DNA from: the human T2T-CHM13v2.0 reference genome, Homo sapiens
Assembly: GCF_009914755.1 (NCBI RefSeq)
Contig: NC_060931.1
Direction: 5' to 3' (one strand)
Length of the DNA: 64,000 bases
The notes under the pieces: generated by a model
The model's database searches: none
What the model saw: only the letters and a program-made list of their open reading frames with translations
Told to the model about the DNA's origin: nothing
Shown: positions 1 through 13,679 of the stretch, one piece after another
How positions within the stretch are numbered: the stretch's first letter is position 1
Layout: each line of letters begins with the position of its first letter
Position numbers and translations under genes: made by a program

Positions 1-46
1 TAGACCTCCTTTTCTCCATCTGTTCTCTATTTCTGAAACTTTGTTA

Positions 47-295
47 CAGCAATATCCAATAAACATGTAAGGAAAGACATTTATATAATTTTAAATTTTC
101 TTGTAGCCACATTTAAAAACTAAAAAGTAACCACTGAAAATAGTTCAAATACATTTAAATGTAACACATAAAAATAATTTAAATTTTATATAATTTTATA
201 TAAAATTTATTAAACATGTAGATAATATGAAATTTATTGAGACATTTTGCATTATTGTAATTTTTGTTATTAAGTTTTTGTGCATTTTACACTCT
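47..295 (+). mobile_element. MER33-like hAT-Charlie DNA transposon fragment
   Basis: CAGCAATATCCAATA...ATAATTTTAAATTTTCTTGTAGCCACATTTAAAAA resembles the recalled MER33 5' portion. Confidence 0.6.
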
Positions 296-651
296 CTGTA
301 TTTCCTCCCACCCCTCTTCTCTCCTTTTTCTCCTTTCCCTTCTCTTCCCTTCCTCCCCTCTGTCCCTTCCCTCCTTTCTTTATATATCATACATTCGTTT
401 GCCAATAATTATGTCATATTTTGTCTTGTTCATGGGTGCAATATTTCCTCAAATCTATCTTGGGTGAAACATTATTGTCACTTCCTATTCATGAATGAAG
501 CATGTGAGTGATTAGTACAGGTGATGGGTATGTCCCATGGAAAAGATGACCATCTGTTCCACATAAATATCATGCTGACAGGAGGTCTTCTCTTGAGCTG
601 CAGTAGAGGTGAAGAAGGCAGAGGTTTTGAAGTTGAGGATTTTAATCTGGA

Positions 652-678
652 GTGTGTGTGTGTGTGTGTGTGTGTGTG
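652..678. repeat. (TG)n microsatellite
   Basis: Direct read of an uninterrupted GT run. Confidence 0.95.
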
Positions 679-723
679 GTGTAGCTCTTGGACTATGAAT
701 TCCCTGGGAATGGAGAACATGTC

Positions 724-821
724 TCCTTTTCTCTTCCTTTCCTTTCCCTTCCCTTCCTTTCCTTTCCCTTCCCTTCCCTTCCCTTCCCTTCCCTTCCCTT
801 CCCTTCCCTTCCTTTTTTTTT
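724..821. repeat. (CCCTT)n/(CCTTT)n polypyrimidine tract, probably derived from the Alu tail
   Basis: Direct read; lies between the AluJ 3' end and a degenerate TSD (GAACATGTCTCCTTTTC ~714 vs GAACATGCCTTTTC ~1135). Confidence 0.9.
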
Positions 822-854
822 GGTGAGTGGGGGAGAGGGGTAGGGGTGGGGGTG

Positions 855-1131
855 GCAGTTTCTCCTCTGTCACCAAGGCTGGAGGGCAGTGGTGCAATCA
901 TAGCTCACTGTAGCCTAGACCTGTCAGGCTCAAGCAATCCTCCCACCTCAGCCTCCCGAGTAGCCAAGATTACAAGCATGTGCCACCATAGCCAGCTAAT
1001 TTTTAAAATTTTTAGTAGAGATGGAGTCTCACTGTGTTGCCAGAGCTGGTCTTGAACCCCTGGCCTCATGCAATCCTTTTGTCTTGGCTTCCCAGTGTTG
1101 GGATTACAGGCATAAGCCACTATGCCTGGCC
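855..1131 (-). mobile_element. AluJ
   Basis: Dimeric Alu in reverse; J-type motifs ATCATAGCTCACTGTAGCC and GCTCAAGCAATCCTCCCACC. Confidence 0.9.
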
Positions 1132-3046
1132 TGGGAACATGCCTTTTCTATTTTTTATTATATATTGTCCAGAGTTTTACAGTTTACTTGACAGTAGGAA
1201 TTCAATAGTTTGAAATAATGAGCAATTGCTTCTTTTTATTCTTCCTTACCACTTACTTTAGTTTTCTATCTTTTGATACTTGATTTTTGCTTTTCTGTAA
1301 TCTTTTTATTTGGAAGCTACATAATTCTAACAATAGTTACCTTTGTAAGTTAAAAAGTGTTGGATTTAAAACTATATGTCAAATATAAATGTGTGTATGT
1401 ATGTAGATAAATATATATACATATAAAATGTCCAATATAAAAGTGAATGTGTTGACTCCCTTCATAACACATTGTAAAACTGATTAATTTATATTATCTC
1501 CTTTCTCTTCCTTTTTACTTCTCTTTCATTGGCATATTTATGATCTTAGTCCCAGTCCACTATTAACAATTCACTATGACTATTATAGGTTTCTTTCAGG
1601 ATTTATAAAATATACATCTGTTTGTCCTCATTATGAATAATGTTATTGACCTTCTTTTACATTCAGATTTGATGCTTTCTGCCTGGTCTTTCTACAATTA
1701 AACCACTGAATTAGAGTTTTTAAAATTCTAATGCAGCTTTTGGTTCCTAGGATTTCTCATCTTCAAATGGGTGTGAAATGAAGAAAACATTAACACTCTA
1801 TTTCCTGATTTTTTGTTTGTTTAGGAAACTGTCTTCCAACTGGAATAAAAACTTAGGTGTGTGCACAGTTTTTCAGTCACATCTTTGTTTCCGAGACATT
1901 GTAGATCAACGTCCTGGCATCTAATGTTGCTTAGGAGAGGAGTCAGAGGCTGGCTCTATTTATTTTTCTTGCTGAATGATACGCAGGTTTGGCCCAGATA
2001 ATTAGGAAATTCCTTTATTTTTGAGTTTCTGTAAATCTACTGGGATATGCTTTAGCGCAAATTCCTGTTAATCATCTTTCCTTTGAATCTTACATCTCAA
2101 GGTCTTTTATTTCAGGAATTTTTCCCCATATTATATATTTGGAAACTTTTTCTTCCATGTGTTCTGCAAGAGCAATTTTCTTCCTTGTCTTCCCCAAGAG
2201 CAATCATCCATAAATTTGTTTTCATTGCCTTTTCTTCATGGTGTTGTTTTCTATGTAATCATTGCAATCTCTTTATCTTTTTATTCTGAATTTCGTGTGA
2301 TTTCCCCCACCCTCAAATGTTACCTTCTTATCACTGGATAGGCTTACTCTACTTTAATTCAGTTCTTTCCACTTTTTACAGGGTTTCAAATACTTTAAAG
2401 GTTTTAATTTCCTCTTCAGTTTCTTTCTTAGGTTTGTCAGCTACCTTTCCATTGTATTCTATTTTTGAATCTCTTGATATCTTGCATTAGTTTTGGTGTC
2501 TTTATCAGTTTGTTCACAGACTCTATGTTGTCTTTAAATTCCTTAGGAATACAGAGAATTTTTTCACATTTTCTTCTGTTTCCTTTGGATATATTTTCCA
2601 AAGAATTTTTCATCTATATTTCCTTATTTTATTACCTGTTTTGCTTATTGCCTTACACAAGTGAAAGCAATTCATTCCCAGGCTACTATTTGCCTCCAGA
2701 TTTTGAAAGAAACTTTTTCTGGACTAACCTCTTTGTTAATCTTATCATTTGAATTGTCTCCCTCAATCCTATCTCAGATTATTTTTTCTCTGTCTGGAGA
2801 ATCCATTAATTATCCTGGCCAAGGGAACTAAGAAGCTAACTACACTAGTATTTTGACATAATAAATAGATGACTAATGCATTATTACATATAAAGTTTTC
2901 TATTAAGACTTGTTAAGCTCAGACAAAACATATCCTTTCATTAAACCTTTTTCTACTATCCCACATCACAGTAATATTTTCCATTTTTGTATTCTTATGA
3001 AGCTTCCTGTTAACATGTGATGCTATGGTAAATATATACTACTGTT

Positions 3047-3367
<321 letters not shown>

Positions 3368-4504
3368 CTACTGTCATGTAATTTTCTCCTTAGTTTCTCT
3401 TGGGTCAGTCATGACTTTCCAGCTTCATGACAAGGAATAGTACCTTTTACTTCTGTTTCTTCTATGACTCCAGGCACATTATAGAGCATAATGTAAATAT
3501 ACAAGTAATGATTCTTGATTGGCTTATTGTCTTAACTATTCTTTTGGAAGGATAAGGTTCAACAATCTTTTTGATTCAAGCAATTAGATTGGAAGGGAAC
3601 AAATATGTTTAGAGCACCTACAATGTCCCAATAGTTCCTTATGTCCTAGTATTTGATGGGTACTATCAAACTCATTGCATATTTTTTATCCTTTGTTAAC
3701 TAAGTGTTGTTGACAACATTCTGTAGATTAAAATACTGGCCCAATGATGAATTACCTCCCAAGGTCTTGCAGCTAATAAAGGATGAAATTAATAATTAAG
3801 GACATCTTTTTAACTCCAAAGCCCATGCTTTCTTATTCAAGGTGCTGATATTCCTGCCATCATTATTTCCGTAAGATATGCTTTCCATAGCTTGAAAGTT
3901 ATTTCCTCAAAGTTTAGACCAGATGTACCCATGTTTTAGAATTTAGTAGTTTGAAATTTATATCTTGTATAATTAATCTGAAAAAGTTTCATAATTTTCT
4001 TTCCGCTTGATCCTGACACTCCTAAGATGTGGAACTGATACTCATTATCCAAAATGACTGCTAGGTCTACAGCCATCACTCATGTTAACAAGCAGAATGA
4101 TGGAGGAGGAGGGAAAGGTAGAACTTCATTGAAATCATGTAGCCACTTCTAGCTGTTGTTTAAAGCTGATTTTTTAGGGGTCCATAGGACCTTTAAGGAA
4201 TGGGCAGAGGAATCAGATGGCAATTTGGGTTGGCAGAAAATCTTATAAACATACTGCAGCCTAGGAGAACTGGAGCTAGATTGTGTGACTAGATCTTATT
4301 AACTACAGCAATCATCATCCTGTGGATTCAGAAGATATTAAAAGAAATGAAGAATAATTGACAATATTTTATGCTAAAATGCAAATTTGAAGAGATTATT
4401 ATGAAAGAATTGTGTGTAACAGGGTTCCCCTTCTCAGAAATATCTCTACCTTACTAAATGAGGGGACACCTTAACTTCAAGTTGATCTTTCATTTCATTC
4501 ATTC

Positions 4505-5325
4505 AACAATTTTAACAGCTTCATTAAGATATAATTCACCTACCATAGTATTCATCCATTTAAATTGTACAGTTCAGTGGTTTTTAGTATACAGTAGTTC
4601 CCCCTTATCTGCAAGGGATGCATTTCAAGACCCTTCAGTGGATGCCTGAAACTCTGGATAGTACTGAACCTTAACTATACTATGTTTTTTCCTATAGATA
4701 CAAACCTAGGATAAAGTTTAAAGTTTAATTTATAAATTAGGCACAGTAAGAGATTAACAACTACTTATAAAATAAAACAATTGTAACAACATGCTGTAAT
4801 AAAAAATATGTAAATGTGGTCTCTCTCTGTGCTGCTAAGTAACTATGGGTTGGGTAGCATAGACTGGGTGGGTGGGTGGTCCGGACAAAGGAATGATTCA
4901 CATTCCATGCAGGGTGAAGTGTGATACTTCACACTACTCAAGGTGGTGTTCAATTTAAAATTTATGAATTGTGTATTTCCAGAGATTTTCATTTAATATT
5001 TTCATACTGTAGTATACAGTGGGAGTACTATATTTACAGAGTTTCACTATCACCACCACAGTCTAATTTTTGAGTATTTTCATTATCACCAAATTCCCCA
5101 TATCCATTACCAGTCTCTCTCCATTCCTCACTGCTCCCCTACTCTCCCCTGCTACAGGCCTAGGCATCATTTATCATCTTTGGATCTCTATCGATTTGTT
5201 AATTATGGATATTTGACATTTATGGAGTCATACAATACAACTCTTTAGTGACTAGCTTCTTTCACTTAGCATAAAAATTTCAAGGTTCATCCGTATTGTA
5301 GCAGGGACCAATAATTCATTCAACA
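4505..5325 (-). mobile_element. L1M (L1MB-like) 3' UTR fragment, split by MER44
   Basis: GTTTTTAGTATA (to 4591) rejoins TTTACAGAGTT...CACCACCACAGTCTAATTT (from ~5033) as continuous L1M 3' sequence. Confidence 0.7.
4592..5030 (-). mobile_element. MER44 (Tigger7) non-autonomous DNA transposon
   Basis: TIR CAGTAGTTCCCCCTTATC, then CAGTGGATGCCTGAA; degenerate TIR GGGAGTACTA at the far end; TA target duplication. Confidence 0.85.
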
Positions 5326-6000
5326 ACTATTTTCGTGTGTGAGTTGTATACCAGGCTCTCTAACTAGGAATATAACTACAAATGGGGGAACATGATGCCT
5401 GTCCTCATACAGCTTGAAACCTAGTGAGGGAAGATTTTAAACAAATAGTCACATAATTACAGTTGACATAAAGCTATTATGAGAACCCATGCAAAGATAT
5501 CAAAGTAACTAGAGATGTCAAGGACTCTAGGTGAAAATCATATACAAATCCAGGTCTCACCTATGAGAAAGATTTGGCCAAAGAAAGAGACATCAACGTA
5601 TAATTATTGAGCTCCTGCTGTATATACTAAGCAAAATACAAGGTCAGAAACTAGAGAGATTAAGGTCAAGGTTATTCTATTGAAGCAGTTTATAACATAG
5701 TGAGGCATGAAAATAAATCAATACATGCTGGTAGTATTGTGATCAATTCTATAAAAGTGGTGTACTCGGTGATTAGGAAGTTGGAGGAAAGGCACCTGGC
5801 ATGGCTAGCGGACTAAGGTTTAGGGAAGTCTTCGTGTGAAACATGGTGCATCAGCTGAGTTCTAACAGACAAGAAGCTGCCCACTTGATGAATGATGAGA
5901 CGGCTGCTCCAAGCAAAAGAAGCAAAATCATCAGAGCCTTGAGAGGAGAGCAGGCTGCTTTTAGGAAGTGCATCCAGTAGCAGAGCTTCTAGAAAGTGCT
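5315..6000 (-). mobile_element. L2 fragments
   Basis: TTCATTCAACAACTATT and TATTGAGCTCCTGCTGT L2 3'-end motifs; heavily decayed. Confidence 0.5.
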
Positions 6001-7191
6001 ATGATTAATTCAGGGATCTGTAATGGGCTCTAATCTTCCATCTATTTTCCAACATCATACAGATTTGGATTATCTCCAGTCATGAGAGATGTAGCTTCAA
6101 ATCTTGAATGTGTTCATTTTATGCAAAACATCTTAATAAAAGCGTCAGTATTCTAAGAATGTAACTACCTCATCACATGAGATTGTTCTGCACTGGTGCG
6201 TGTTAAAATGAATCACTGTGTGTAGCACTTATTCCATATCCGGGAGATTACTCTGTAGATCCACATTTAGTTAGGCTGATTGAATTTGGTTCACATTATC
6301 CACATTATTGTGGACCTAATAATGGAAGTGTGTTTCATTCTTCACTGGCAAGGCATTCTAGTTATAACACTCTAGCCACAGCTCAAGAGATAGTTTTAAT
6401 AAAATATCCCATTTATAGTTTATAGAGGAAAAATAAAACACCCCTCTGGTATAAAGATTTAAGTTTACAGAAATTTAACTTGGTGACTGAAGGGATATTT
6501 TGTTGAGTTATGCCACCTAGATCTTTGAGAAAAAGGTTAGAGGTGAGAGAATTCAGGGCTGTTACTAGGAACTCTTGATCAGGCATTCAGCTTTCAGACA
6601 GCCTTAGCTGTCACAAAGAAGATCTAATCTGTTAGCTGAATAAGAAAACTCATGAGCCTCAGATTCAAATCAGGAATTTGTCTAGGGTGTACTTTGGCCC
6701 TAACTCTACTTCTGTGCTCTATTTCTAGAGCATAATATGGAGTGTGAATAATGGAACAGGTCTGGAAGCCAACTTTATATGATCAGCCCACTGAAACCCT
6801 CCTCACAGAAAACCCATTTAGCCTTTATGATTCAGAATATGTTGGAGGGAGAACAGGATCTGTTGCTATTGTTTTTAAGATCTCTGAAAAATTTGTCCTC
6901 CAACATCTCTCTTACACAATTATAGCATCCTAATGTATAAAATAATTCACTTAATTTTCACCTGAAAGTTTGGAGAAATCTATATGTCTCTGGACTGCAC
7001 TGCAGGTGCCCATCTTGTCTCTACTCTCATTCCAACCATTAACTCCTCCAGGAGTTTTCTACCATTTTTTTTGGTGTTTATTTTTTTTACCTGGTGCCTT
7101 AGGGAATAATGAAAAATGAATAATATTTAGCAGCAGGGATTGCTAAAATGTGTCTTCGTATATGTAAATACAGAAAAGGGATGGTACAGTG

Positions 7192-7315
7192 TTTGTTTAT
7201 TCAGTAAATGTTTCTTGAGCAGCTACTATGGGCAGGCTCTGTTTTAAGTTCTGGCAATCAGCAATGAACAAGAGAGAGAAAGTCATTAACCTCGTGGAAC
7301 ATGTGTCCTGGTGTT
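7192..7315 (-). mobile_element. L2 3' end
   Basis: TTTATTCAGTAAATGTTTCTTGAGCAGCTACTATGGGCAGGC...GCAATGAACAAG. Confidence 0.65.
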
Positions 7316-7500
7316 TAATTACAGTCTAGGAAGGGCACAAGATTGAGAAGAAACGCTCTGGCAAGGTGAGGCTCCTTTATATTTCTGGTCCTTGCTCTCT
7401 GGTATTTGTGTTCAGAACATGCAGAGGTTAGAGTGGTTGTATTTAGGTGACAGGAGCAGAAGAAGGCTTCTGTATAGGAAGTCATAAAAGGAACTTGACC

Positions 7501-8090
7501 CAAGATATGGAAACAACTGAAGTATGCATCAATAGATGAATAGATTTTTTTAAATGTGGTAAATATACATAATGGAATACTTCAGAAATAAAAAGACAAA
7601 ATCCTGTCATTTGTGGAAACATGCATTAACCTGGAAGATATTCTATTAAGTGAAATAAGCCAGGAACAGAGAAACAAATACCACATGGTCTCACTTTTAT
7701 GTAGGATCTAAAAAATCCTACATAAATCCTACATACTTCTGTAAGTATGTAGAGCATAAAATGGTGGTTTCCAGGGGCTGGGGGAAGGGCGTTGAATGAG
7801 GAAAGGGAGACATTGGTCAAAGGGTACAAAGTTTCAGATAGATAGGAATAAATTCTGGTGATATATTGCACACCATGGTTACTACAGTTAATATATTGCG
7901 TATTTCAAAACAGCTGAAAGAGGATTTCAAATGTTCTCATCACAAGAAAAGAATAAATATTTAAGGTGATGCATATGCCAATTACCCTGATTTGAATATT
8001 TTACAATGTTTACATCTTAAAACACTACATTGTACCCAACAGACAAATAAGCACAACACAATTATTTGTCAATTAAAATTATATATATTT
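7501..8090 (+). mobile_element. 5'-truncated L1MA 3' end
   Basis: AATCCTGTCATTTGTG...AAGTGAAATAAGCCAGG...GGTCAAAGGGTACAAAGTTTCAG; GAACTTGACC occurs on both flanks. Confidence 0.85.
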
Positions 8091-8420
8091 TAAAAGAGGA
8101 ATTTGAACTTGACCAGGAGACATTTCCATAGCAGACCCATGCTAATGAGTTGACTATTCCTTGTGTGAAATGTAATCTGACTTCCATCTAACATTACATG
8201 CTTACTTCAATTTTGCTATTCTTTAGCCTTGTCTAAAATCTCATCTTAAACCACTTATTCTTTTCTAGGTTTCTAATGAACTTATTGCCCTTCTCCTGTT
8301 AAAGTAGCTTGATCATTCCATGATCCTTGTCTCCAGGGATAGATAAAACTCAAAGTTTCTCTCTAAGGTATGTTTCAAAAGCTTAGATCCTGGGGAAAAA
8401 TAAAATCACTTACAACAAAG

Positions 8421-8533
8421 TTAGGCACAGTGGCACCTGTAGTCCCAGTTACTTTAGAGGCTGAGGCAGGAGGATCTCTTGAGCTCAGGAATTTGAGACC
8501 AGCCTGGGCAACACAGTGAGACATAATAAGTAG
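8421..8533 (+). mobile_element. FLAM-type Alu monomer
   Basis: Single Alu arm flanked by a perfect 22-bp TSD AATAAAATCACTTACAACAAAG (8399-8420; 8534-8555). Confidence 0.9.
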
Positions 8534-8963
8534 AATAAAATCACTTACAACAAAGGTAGCAAGATTGAGAGAGCTCAGTGAAAGCAACTGGAGCAGAGTC
8601 ATCAATTTCTCAAGACTAGCTATTCCCCCTGGATAAATCCTGGGGTGAAGAAATAACTCCCAGATAGGTTTTTGGGATCTAAGAAGATGATTATTTGAAT
8701 CTATTCTGAGGTAGAACTCCCACGTAAGATGGTAAGATGCTGGAAAACAAATGGCTGAATGATGCATCTGGGCAGAGGTAGTCTTAGGTAATCTCAGTTT
8801 CCCAAGAGCTAGCATATTGTCAAAGCAACAAAATGGTTACTCTGCAATTCAGATGGTGGAGGCATAATAGAGCTGTCAGACCCAAATGTGCCATGTGAAC
8901 AGAAATGAGCTTCATATCTGTGACAGCCTGTGTGGTCAGGTCTACAAAGCCCTGTAGTAATGA

Positions 8964-10499
8964 TGTCACGGGATCCTTGGGGTGTCACTTCACCAGCTGA
9001 AACCTCTGTGGCCGGAAGCACCTTCTGCCTGAGTATTGTTAGTGCTTGCCGGGTTCATTCCGCCCACTCAGCCCAGCAGACTCCACTTGGCTCATGCTCC
9101 TGGCCTGAATCCCACACCTGCCAAGGATAAGCCAGACATGGAGTGGTGAGGGGTGAGTGAGCGAGTGTGGGGTCCAGTAACTGTGCACAGCCAGGCATGT
9201 CACCTGCAGTGGAGTGGGCAGCTCCAGGCATTGGCACAGGTGCCATCTCTGCAAGGCTGTGGCTGGACTAGGTGTATTGCAAGCAGCTTCTACTGTGGGC
9301 ACCAGGGAATGCAGTGGCACCCGGGAGCTTGGAGATGTCAGGAACTGCAGAGCCCCAAAGAGGGTGGGCCACTACCCTGCCCTGGGGAGCCCCTAGATCT
9401 GGGATCTCTGAAAAGCTACAGCTCTTCTCTCCTTGTCACCTGCAATGTGGTGAGCAGGGGGCATGTTTCAGGCCTGTCTGTGTTACGGCTCTTTTAGTCT
9501 CGCCATTCAGTAGGTCCTGAGTTCTTGTTTCATGTCCAGGAAGAATTAGGTATGTGGACAACTAGAATAAGGCAGAGAGGAGATTCACTGAGCAACAGAA
9601 CAGCTCACAGGAGACCCAGAGTGGGTAGCTGCTTTCTGCAGGCAGATCCTCCCATTGAGTGTCCATCTCTCAATTCAGAGGAGACACAGAATGGGTAGCT
9701 TCTTTCCACAGGCAGGTCATCCTGAGGTCTCTCTGACTCTGGCTGAGTCCAGGGGTTTTATGGGCTTCAGAAGAAACAAAATGTGTGCTGATTGGTCCAT
9801 GGGTAGCCATGGGTACGCCCAGGAAAAGCATCCTAAGTTCTCACTTGGGGCCTGTGAACTCCACCCAGAACTGACAGCCCAGCCCCCATGCTTCAGGCTG
9901 TCCCTGGCTTCAAGGTGGAACTTCACTGGGGACCCACTTCTTTCTGCCCAGGAGCCTGTCTGCCTCCTGCCACCATCAATCATATCATCTGTGGCAACAA
10001 GGTTGTTCCTGCTGAGGGGCACCTGCAGGACTGCACTAAGCTGCCCTCAGCCCTACCTCAGGCTCCTTCCTGTGCTTGTTGGCAGCCACAGTCCACATGG
10101 GCTGAAATGGCAGAGGGCTGCTGTGACAGCATTGCCCCAAGCTTGTGCACACCCAGCTGGGTTGTGACAGCACCTGGGCTTGGCCTCAACTTTGCTCCAG
10201 AATTGGAGCCATTGCCAGGAGTGAGGAGAGGCCAGGCCCAGGAGCAGGAGCAGACATTTCTGAGCCTGCATGAGGAGCGGGGCTTCCTGGGTTCCCAAGA
10301 GCACAGGGATGCCTGGGTCCACAGCTGCAGCTGTGCCCAGGAGAGTGGGGATCCTACACTTTCAACTCAGAAGGGGGCTGGGCTCCTGCCTATTGCCAGC
10401 TCCTGCCAGATCCATGGAGTATTCATCCCCAGCTGCAATTCCCCTGCTGCAGCTGGCATCTTTACAGCAGCTGCTCCAGATGGGCCACCACTGCCATCA
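8964..10499 (-). mobile_element. MER52-family ERV1 solo LTR
   Basis: TG...CA termini (TGTCACGGGATCCTTGGGGTGTC ... CTGCCATCA), 4-bp TSD ATGA, GC-rich, 1.5 kb long. Confidence 0.85.
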
Positions 10500-10680
10500 A
10501 TGAGGGGTGCCTTAAGGGGTTCATGATGGGTCAGTTTATACTGACTGTCTGGTGTTGCTTCTCCCTGACAGACCCACTCTCTAATATACCCATAGAAGTT
10601 CTGATATCTGGTATTTACATAAACCTCCCATGGCAGAAACACATCTAAGGCTGAACAAAGGTCCTAAAGAGAAACAAATG

Positions 10681-10729
10681 GAAAGAAGGAAGGAAGGAAA
10701 GAAAGAGGAAAGGAAGGGAGGGAGGGAAG
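10681..10729. repeat. (GGAA)n/GA-rich low-complexity tract
   Basis: Direct read. Confidence 0.85.
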
Positions 10730-11017
10730 ATATTTTGTAGACTGAGATTCCTACTTGCTGTACTTGATTTAGTATTTCAGCCTTGTCTCAGTGAAGCTGG
10801 AGAACATTATGAAAAGGGTCTTGTGAATCAGCTTAAGAGTGTTTTAAAGCAGCCTAGCTCCTCCTCCTCCCCAGAGCAATAGTAGAGTGAGTCACTATTC
10901 ATAGAGAGGATGATTCATGAGGAATGTATGATGATTCTGGTGTAGATCACGTTTCTCATGTGGAGGACTTCCCTCTATCTCCAATGTGGTGGATCTGGCT
11001 TTTCATTAGAAAGGCGG

Positions 11018-11416
11018 TGGGTTAGTCCATTTTGCATTGCTATAAAGGAATATCTGAAGCTGGGTAATTTGTAGAGAAGAAGTTTATTTGGATTATGGTC
11101 CTGTAGACTGCATAAGAAGCATGGGGCTGGCATCTGCTTCTGATGAGGCCTCAGAAAGCTTCCAATCATGGGGGAAGGCAAAAGAGAACAGGTGTATCAC
11201 TTGGCAAGAGAAGAGTACCAGAGAGAGAGGGGAGGTGCCATGTCTTTAAATAATCAGCTCTCAAATGAACTCACTCATTACTGTGAGGACTGCACTAAGC
11301 CGTTCATGAGGGATCTGCCCCCATAATCCAAACACCTCCCACCAGGCCCCAACTCCAATATTGAGGATCACATTTCAACATGAGATTTGGAGAGGACAAA
11401 TATCCAAACTATATCA
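11018..11416 (-). mobile_element. MST-family MaLR solo LTR
   Basis: TTAGTCCATTTTGCATTGCTATAAAGGAATA...CAAACTATATCA; 5-bp flanks GGCGG/GGTAG are consistent with a CpG-decayed TSD. Confidence 0.88.
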
Positions 11417-13679
11417 GGTAGTGATTCTTTTTTTCTATGCAGTATCTCTGATAACTTTATAGTATTTGGATGTCATTGCATTCTACTGTGCCTTATTTCC
11501 TCCAGAGTCTTCCACTAGTCCCTTATTCCTTTCAAAAGAGAGTAATAGCACATATATGCATAAAAGTCACAAACTAAATTGAAACTACTTTCCACTTACA
11601 TTCAGTTTTCATGTATTTCACTACTTACTATAAACATATCCTTGGCATACTATAAAATATAGAATCGGGGTCCTGGGAGGTCGGGCTCCAAACTGTGGCC
11701 TTTAAATTGTTACTTCTTACTTTTTCTTTATCTTCCCAGTCAGTGTCTTAAATTAGAGTTCTTTTATTGGTAAAAATAAAGAAGACATTTCTTTACCATA
11801 GCCAAGGATATGGGGGTGGGAGGGCGGGTGTTGAGAAGCAGCAGTATAGAAAAATCTGTACTTTTAGTGTATATTGATACTGTTGAAATTACTTCTTAGA
11901 TTCCTGGCAAATACTGGGAATGCCTGTCTCAAAATAATGTGGTGATGAAATTTTATCCGTCTTTATTTTAGCTTAATTATATCTCTAAGCACCTCTCTGA
12001 GTTTTTTTTATTGTTCTCTGTTTTTGAGTTTTTAAGATCTGATAATGGTTAGTAAAGAAGAAATCTGAAAAAACACTAATGGTTCTCATTTAAAAGACAC
12101 AAAAAAGAACATGGGAAGCTGTTATTAAAATCTTTGTTCAATTGTTAAATGAAGTAGAAGGTTAAATAGAAAATCTGCTGGGTTTAAACTATTGGGAAGA
12201 TATGCATTTGTGGTGTCATTGAATAATTTTATCTTCACTTTTGAATTCTTTATTTTAAAATGTCTTTTTGAATAAGATATTTGGGCTGATAACACTGAGA
12301 CTAGAAGGAGAGGAAATAACTCTTCTATTTGTAATGTGGAAGAGAGAGCTGATGTTAGTTATCTGGGTTCATTGGTGATATGAATCCATATGGATTCATG
12401 GAGTTCTAAATAAGAAGCAGAAGGAAAATCCAGTGGGGGAATTATTCTGAAGTTTGTATTTCATTCCAGCCTCTAGGAAGTGAGGCTATAAAGTAGTTAG
12501 GGCAGGCTTTATGAGGAAAAGGTGGGCATGAGGTCTGCTTTACTAATTTGTATTATATTAAAGGAATATCTGTGTGCTCTGGCAATGAGTTCTATATTAT
12601 CTCTCAGTTTGGTATATTAATGTCACCCTACTTCATGCTCTGTGCCTCAGAGTGCTTCTCTGGAGGTTTCTGATACTATTGCAAAGAGGTGTCTCTGCTT
12701 CTGAATAGTTATTTGTCTTATTCTTTATGTCATAAGCCCCATACACAGTATCGCTGATTACAAAGGACTGGAGCAAGCCCTGCGAATGCCTGAATAGAAT
12801 TTTCTAATGGGTGAGAGGTTGAATCAACATTTCCCCTCTCAACTCAGAAAACAAGTGTGTAATGGATAGACAAATTAGCACCTTCCAGAAATGTGGTAAT
12901 AAAGAATGTAATAGAAGGAAAATAAGCTCAACTCTCAAGAAAGGTAATAAAAATAAAGAGAAAGCTAAATTTTCCTTATTTACTATGATAGAGCTGACCT
13001 TCTGTAATGTCAACATTAAAAAGGTTTAAAATGTCACTATTTTACTTGGATTTCTGATGTCAGCTCAAATTTTAATTCTAACATACATTTGCAATGCAAG
13101 TTTGAAACGAGCAATGTATATACCATTTCATTTTAATTAAGCCATCTTAGAATGATGGCACTAAATAAGCACCTGCTTTAAGACACAGGGTTGTGCCTAT
13201 TTCCTTCCGTTCCTATTCCTGCTCAAGACTGTCATTCTATGCTGCCTTTTGAGTTTCTAGCTATTTAAAGTAAAAGTTTTTATCAGGCTTGATGTCACTG
13301 TTGAACATTCATAGCCATATTTTGGCAAGGAAACCAGAGCCTGGCAGTCTTTTTCTATAATTTTATATAATGCAAGAGGGCTTAATGCCCCTATTATAGA
13401 ACTGATTCTATTATACTCTCCTTTCCAGAACTAATGGAGCACTTGACTTATTCATGTTAAAGAAAATGATTGAATATGAAAAGCTTCCAGACCCTGTTTC
13501 TTGCCAGGATTAAAACTGCTCTGCTCTTTATACTGACCAGAAAAGTCACCCCTTAATTAAGTTTATTGTGATTTTTCACCTGCCAGGAAGTCCTGTACAA
13601 TGCACATAAAAGCCCATTTGTTGGAAACTATTTTAGATCTCTCTTTAAAACCTTTGTTTGTTTTAAAATATACAATAGT

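Noticed and set aside
196-901. EGKGR-repeat and FPSLP-repeat ORFs
   Set aside because: Translations of (CCCTT)n and (TG)n microsatellites
9655-10526. 170-aa and 212-aa ORFs as genes
   Set aside because: They lie almost entirely within the GC-rich MER52 LTR, where stop codons are scarce; no recognisable domain
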